NCBI GenBank assembly: GCA_034926225.1
Contig: JAYFRF010000008.1
Location: forward strand, 128,132 to 192,131
Direction of reading: 5' to 3'
Length of the DNA stretch: 64,000 bases
From: Clostridiaceae bacterium
Lineage (GTDB): Bacteria > Bacillota > Clostridia > Oscillospirales > QAMX01
In this document: one piece after another, positions 60,780 through 64,000 of the stretch
Position numbering within the stretch: the first letter of the stretch is position 1
Layout: the number at the start of each line of letters is the position of its first letter
The notes under the pieces: generated by a model
Database searches by the model: none
What the model saw: only the letters and a program-made list of their open reading frames with translations
Told to the model about the DNA's origin: nothing
Translations under genes and position numbers: made by a program

Positions 60780-61553
60780 TTATTTGTCTGTGTTGCGGCG
60801 ATAGATGCAGTAAAGACCGTCCGGTACGAGTGTCGGGTCGAGCAGGATACTCGTTTCGCAATAGGGCGTTATGACCTGAGAGAACCCGCCGGTCGCTACG
60901 ACGGTCGCATCGTCTCCGAGGATGGAACGGTACTTCTGCGCCATGCCGTCGATCATCGACGCGGTGCCGAAAATGATACCGGAGCGCATGGAGTCGACCG
61001 TGTTCGTACCGATGACGTTCTGCGCGGTATCGAAGTCGATATGGGGCAGCTGTGCGGTACGGGTAGACAGCGCGTGCAGGGAGATCCCGATGCCGGGCAA
61101 GATGGAACAGCCGACGAAGCTTGAGAACTTATCAATCGCGCATATTTTCGTCGCGGTTCCGAGATCGAAAATGATGATCGGCGGCTTATACTTTTTCAAA
61201 GCCGCGACCGCGCCGCATACCAAGTCCGCCCCTAGGATCGCGGGGTTGTCGATCTTGATATTGAGTCCCGTACGCAGTCCCGGCCCGATGGTCAGCACAC
61301 GGCAGCCCAAGAGTTTTGCGATGGCCGTTTTCAACGTCGTTTGCAGTGGTGGTACGACGCTGGAGATAATCGCACCCTCAAAGCCCTCGGCGGAGCGGTG
61401 ATTTAAGTGCAGGATTGAGTTAAATGTGATTGCGTACTGGTCGGCAGTCTTATCCGGCTCCGTCTGGATACGCGACGTAAAGATCGGGCGATCCGATGAT
61501 TCATATGCCGCGAGTACGGTATTGGTATTGCCGACGTCAACTGTTAAAACCAT
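60780..61553 (-). CDS. coaX: Type III pantothenate kinase
   Basis: MVLTVDVGNTNTVLAAY, FDLGTATK and ATGGFS motifs of CoaX. Confidence 0.9.
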   Translation of the reverse strand: MVLTVDVGNTNTVLAAYESSDRPIFTSRIQTEPDKTADQYAITFNSILHLNHRSAEGFEGAIISSVVPPLQTTLKTAIAKLLGCRVLTIGPGLRTGLNIKIDNPAILGADLVCGAVAALKKYKPPIIIFDLGTATKICAIDKFSSFVGCSILPGIGISLHALSTRTAQLPHIDFDTAQNVIGTNTVDSMRSGIIFGTASMIDGMAQKYRSILGDDATVVATGGFSQVITPYCETSILLDPTLVPDGLYCIYRRNTDK

Positions 61554-61655
61554 AATTGCCCCTCACATTCCCATTCTTTGGTTTTATTATAGCATTCTTT
61601 GGTCATTTAGCAAGTGGCAATCCATCCAATTTTCATGTCATTTTGATACTATTTT

Positions 61656-61937
61656 CTAAAAACGCGGCGCATTTCCCTCCTCGGCGCGCCGTGACAGCGC
61701 GCTCACGGCATTGCGAACACGCTCCAGAGCTTCATCTCCGGTCGCGGCGCCTTCGACATACAGAATGAGCCGCTTCCTACTCTCCTCCGGCAGCATCGCA
61801 AACGCTTCCGTCGCTCTCGGGTCCTGTGCGATGCGTATACCCAGTCCCAGCGGCATATCGGTCGCGGCGCCGGGCGCCGGCTCGGGCATATTGGTAAGAA
61901 TATTGTGCAGATCCATTATAAAAACCTCCGTATTCAC
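61656..61937 (-). CDS. Hypothetical small protein
   Basis: 93-aa ORF (alternative start MDLHNIL at 61916) with codon usage like its neighbours. I recognise no motif. Confidence 0.4.
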   Translation of the reverse strand: MNTEVFIMDLHNILTNMPEPAPGAATDMPLGLGIRIAQDPRATEAFAMLPEESRKRLILYVEGAATGDEALERVRNAVSALSRRAEEGNAPRF

Positions 61938-61979
61938 GTATTATGCGGATATCATACGCTATTACGGCGATTTTTATGC

Positions 61980-62858
61980 TCAGCTGTGCCACTCGCGGGT
62001 CTTGCCGGTAAAGAATAAGGCGATACAGCCCGGGCCGCAGTGTGTGCCGATGATCGGACCCATCGGCAGCACGTGGATTTTCCCGACCTGAACATGTGCG
62101 TTTATGTAATCGACCATCCACCTAGCGTCGCCGGGGCAGTCGGCATGGTTGATAATGATCACCTGGCGTTCCGGCTCAATGATATTTTCAAACATACGGT
62201 CACACATAATTTGAAGCGACGCACGGCGTCCGCGCACCTTGCTGCCGACGGTGAGCTTGCCGTCGAGAGCGGTGTACATCGCGGGCTTAATGCCGAGCAC
62301 GGTTCCGGCGATCGCCGCGGTACGGGTTAAACGTCCGCCGCGGAAAAGGTGGTTTAGATCATCGACGGTAAACAGGTGGATAAAGTACTTTTTATTTTCT
62401 TCCGTCCACTCGTATAGCTGATCGATGGTCAATCCTTCGCGTTTCTTCTGTGCCATAGCGAGAGCCAGTCTGCCTTCGCCGCCGCATTCGGAGGTGGAGT
62501 CGATGGTATAGACCCGGGCGTCGGGATATTTTTCGCGTACCTCGCTGACCGCGATGAGAGAGGACTGATACATACCGCTGCACGCGGAGGCAAAGCCGAG
62601 GTAAATCACGTCGTGACCGGCTTCTATTTCATGGGCAAACTGTGTGAAAAAGAAGTCGGGGTTTAGCTGCGCAGTGGTCGGCATAGCGCCTTCGCGCATT
62701 TTCTGATAGAAGTCATGTCCGGCGAGCGTCACACCGTCGTCCGGGTAATCCACGTCATCGATGGAGAACGTCATCATGAACACCTTTAACCCGTTTTCCC
62801 GATACATTGCCGGTGTGAGGTCGCAGGTAGAATCCGTAAAGATAGTATAGTCGCGCAT
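61980..62858 (-). CDS. degV: DegV-family fatty-acid-binding protein
   Basis: IFTDSTCDL N-terminus, the TTAQLNP motif, and typical DegV length. Confidence 0.85.
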   Translation of the reverse strand: MRDYTIFTDSTCDLTPAMYRENGLKVFMMTFSIDDVDYPDDGVTLAGHDFYQKMREGAMPTTAQLNPDFFFTQFAHEIEAGHDVIYLGFASACSGMYQSSLIAVSEVREKYPDARVYTIDSTSECGGEGRLALAMAQKKREGLTIDQLYEWTEENKKYFIHLFTVDDLNHLFRGGRLTRTAAIAGTVLGIKPAMYTALDGKLTVGSKVRGRRASLQIMCDRMFENIIEPERQVIIINHADCPGDARWMVDYINAHVQVGKIHVLPMGPIIGTHCGPGCIALFFTGKTREWHS

Positions 62859-63035
62859 GAGAATCCTCCCGGATGTTAATTATATGGTAAAAGTATACCT
62901 GTTTTGTAAGGCGATTGCAACCCCAATTTTCTTAAAAACCGTCCGACTTTCAGAAAATTATTTGCATTTTAACCCATGCCGTGGTATACTATTCTGCATT
63001 AATGAATCCATCGAAAAAGGAGTTCATATACGAAT

Positions 63036-64000
63036 ATGGCAGAATTACGTTATCATCCGCTGACCCGCGATTGGGTTATGGTCGCCTCGCACCGCCAAAA
63101 CCGTCCGCAGATGCCCCGTGACTGGTGTCCTTTCTGTCCCGGTTCGGGTAAGGTTCCCGACGATTATGACGTACTCAAATACGATAACGACTTTCCGGCG
63201 CTTTCCCCGGATCCGCCGATTCCGGATGCCGTTGAGACGGCTCTCTACAAGACTGCGCCCGCCTACGGTAAATGCGAGGTCATCCTCTATTCTCCGAAGC
63301 ATACAGCCACGCTGCCGGAGCTGTTGATCCACCATGTGACGAAGCTTGTTGAGCTTTGGACGGAGCGTTTCCGGGAGCTGTCCGCCGACGAAAAGATCAA
63401 GTACGTTTTCATTTTCGAGAATCGCGGCGCGGCTGTCGGCACAACGATGCCGCACCCGCACGGTCAGATTTACGCTTATCCTTTTATCCCGAAAAAGCTG
63501 GCTTTGGAAACGGAATCCTGCCGTGATTATTATAAAGAGAACGGCCGCTGCTTAATTTGCGACATGCTTTCAGACGAACGTACCGACGGCCGCCGCATGG
63601 TTTTTGAAAACGAGGATTTCTCGGTCTTCATCCCCTTTTTCTGCGAGTATCCCTACGGCATATACATCGTATCCCGCAGCCATAAGCAAAACCTGACGCA
63701 GTTTAACGCGCGTGAGCGGGAGAATCTGGCGGTCTCCATCCGCGCGGCCGTCGGCACATTGGATAACCTGTTCGGCTTTCAGTTCCCATACATGATGTGT
63801 ATGCACCAAAACCCGGTGAATTCCGGAGACTATTCCGCCGACTATCATTTTCACATCGAATTTTTCCCGCCGATGCGGGCAGCCGACAAGATCAAGTACA
63901 ACGCCTCCTCCGAGACGGGGGCGTGGGCGCACTGCAACCCGACCGCTCCCGAGGACAAGGCGGTCGAACTCAGGGAAGCCTATCGGCGCTATTGCGCGTC
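63036..64000 (+). CDS. galT: Galactose-1-phosphate uridylyltransferase (HIT-superfamily type), 3' end cut by window edge
   Basis: Not in the ORF track because no stop is reached. My translation from the ATG at 63036 (AAAGGAG upstream): MAELRYHPLTRDWVMVASHRQNRPQ...DWCPFCPGSG...ENRGAAVGTTMPHPHGQIYAYPFIP... It carries the CxxC zinc motif and the HPHGQ active site. Confidence 0.85.
   Translation, partial: MAELRYHPLTRDWVMVASHRQNRPQMPRDWCPFCPGSGKVPDDYDVLKYDNDFPALSPDPPIPDAVETALYKTAPAYGKCEVILYSPKHTATLPELLIHHVTKLVELWTERFRELSADEKIKYVFIFENRGAAVGTTMPHPHGQIYAYPFIPKKLALETESCRDYYKENGRCLICDMLSDERTDGRRMVFENEDFSVFIPFFCEYPYGIYIVSRSHKQNLTQFNARERENLAVSIRAAVGTLDNLFGFQFPYMMCMHQNPVNSGDYSADYHFHIEFFPPMRAADKIKYNASSETGAWAHCNPTAPEDKAVELREAYRRYCA

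Noticed and set aside
63045-63932. Minus-strand ORFs 63045..63461 and 63570..63932
   Set aside because: The plus strand encodes a clear GalT (CPFCPG, HPHGQ) that runs off the window. These are antisense shadows.

Overview
This is a high-GC chromosomal segment whose gene content points to Bacillota/Clostridia (HrcA-CIRCE heat-shock control, an SLH-anchored lysozyme, an ECF transporter S component, DegV, Soj/Spo0J). The taxon is an inference. I saw no rRNA, tRNA, CRISPR array, transposase or integrase. Most of the window is housekeeping. It holds a 5'-truncated helD-like helicase with a yfbR-like nucleotidase, an ABC-F ATPase, mscL, serS, a parA-ydjC-parB block, and groES-groEL followed by a metal ABC importer. 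It also holds hrcA-grpE-dnaK-dnaJ (two CIRCE operators), ftsK, uppP, nagA, coaX with an ECF S component, degV, and a 3'-truncated galT. The most unusual part is 28.7-40.5 kb on the minus strand. It is a tightly packed six-gene operon with its own near-consensus promoter. Four diverged tandem paralogs of a ~715-aa cytoplasmic, beta-propeller-like protein that I cannot assign to a characterised family are interleaved with a PHP-family phosphoesterase and an orphan lipoprotein carrying a solute-binding domain. The operon sits in a neighbourhood rich in Gfo/Idh/MocA oxidoreductases, a PutP-like symporter, PepD, a TIM-barrel isomerase, DUF4886 and an esterase. Other oddities are a block of eight unrelated perfect hairpins between a terminator and the next promoter (28.28-28.64 kb), and an AT-rich two-gene islet whose P-loop gene is flanked by diverged ~137-bp direct repeats, with the lower copy lying upstream of the RidA gene (2.1-4.1 kb). 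There is also a decayed Gfo/Idh/MocA pseudogene, a metal transporter apparently dependent on groESL read-through, and an unlisted 55-codon ORF. Many long ORFs in the track are antisense shadows of real genes. Several track starts are over-extended TTG/GTG calls, which I re-set using Shine-Dalgarno context.
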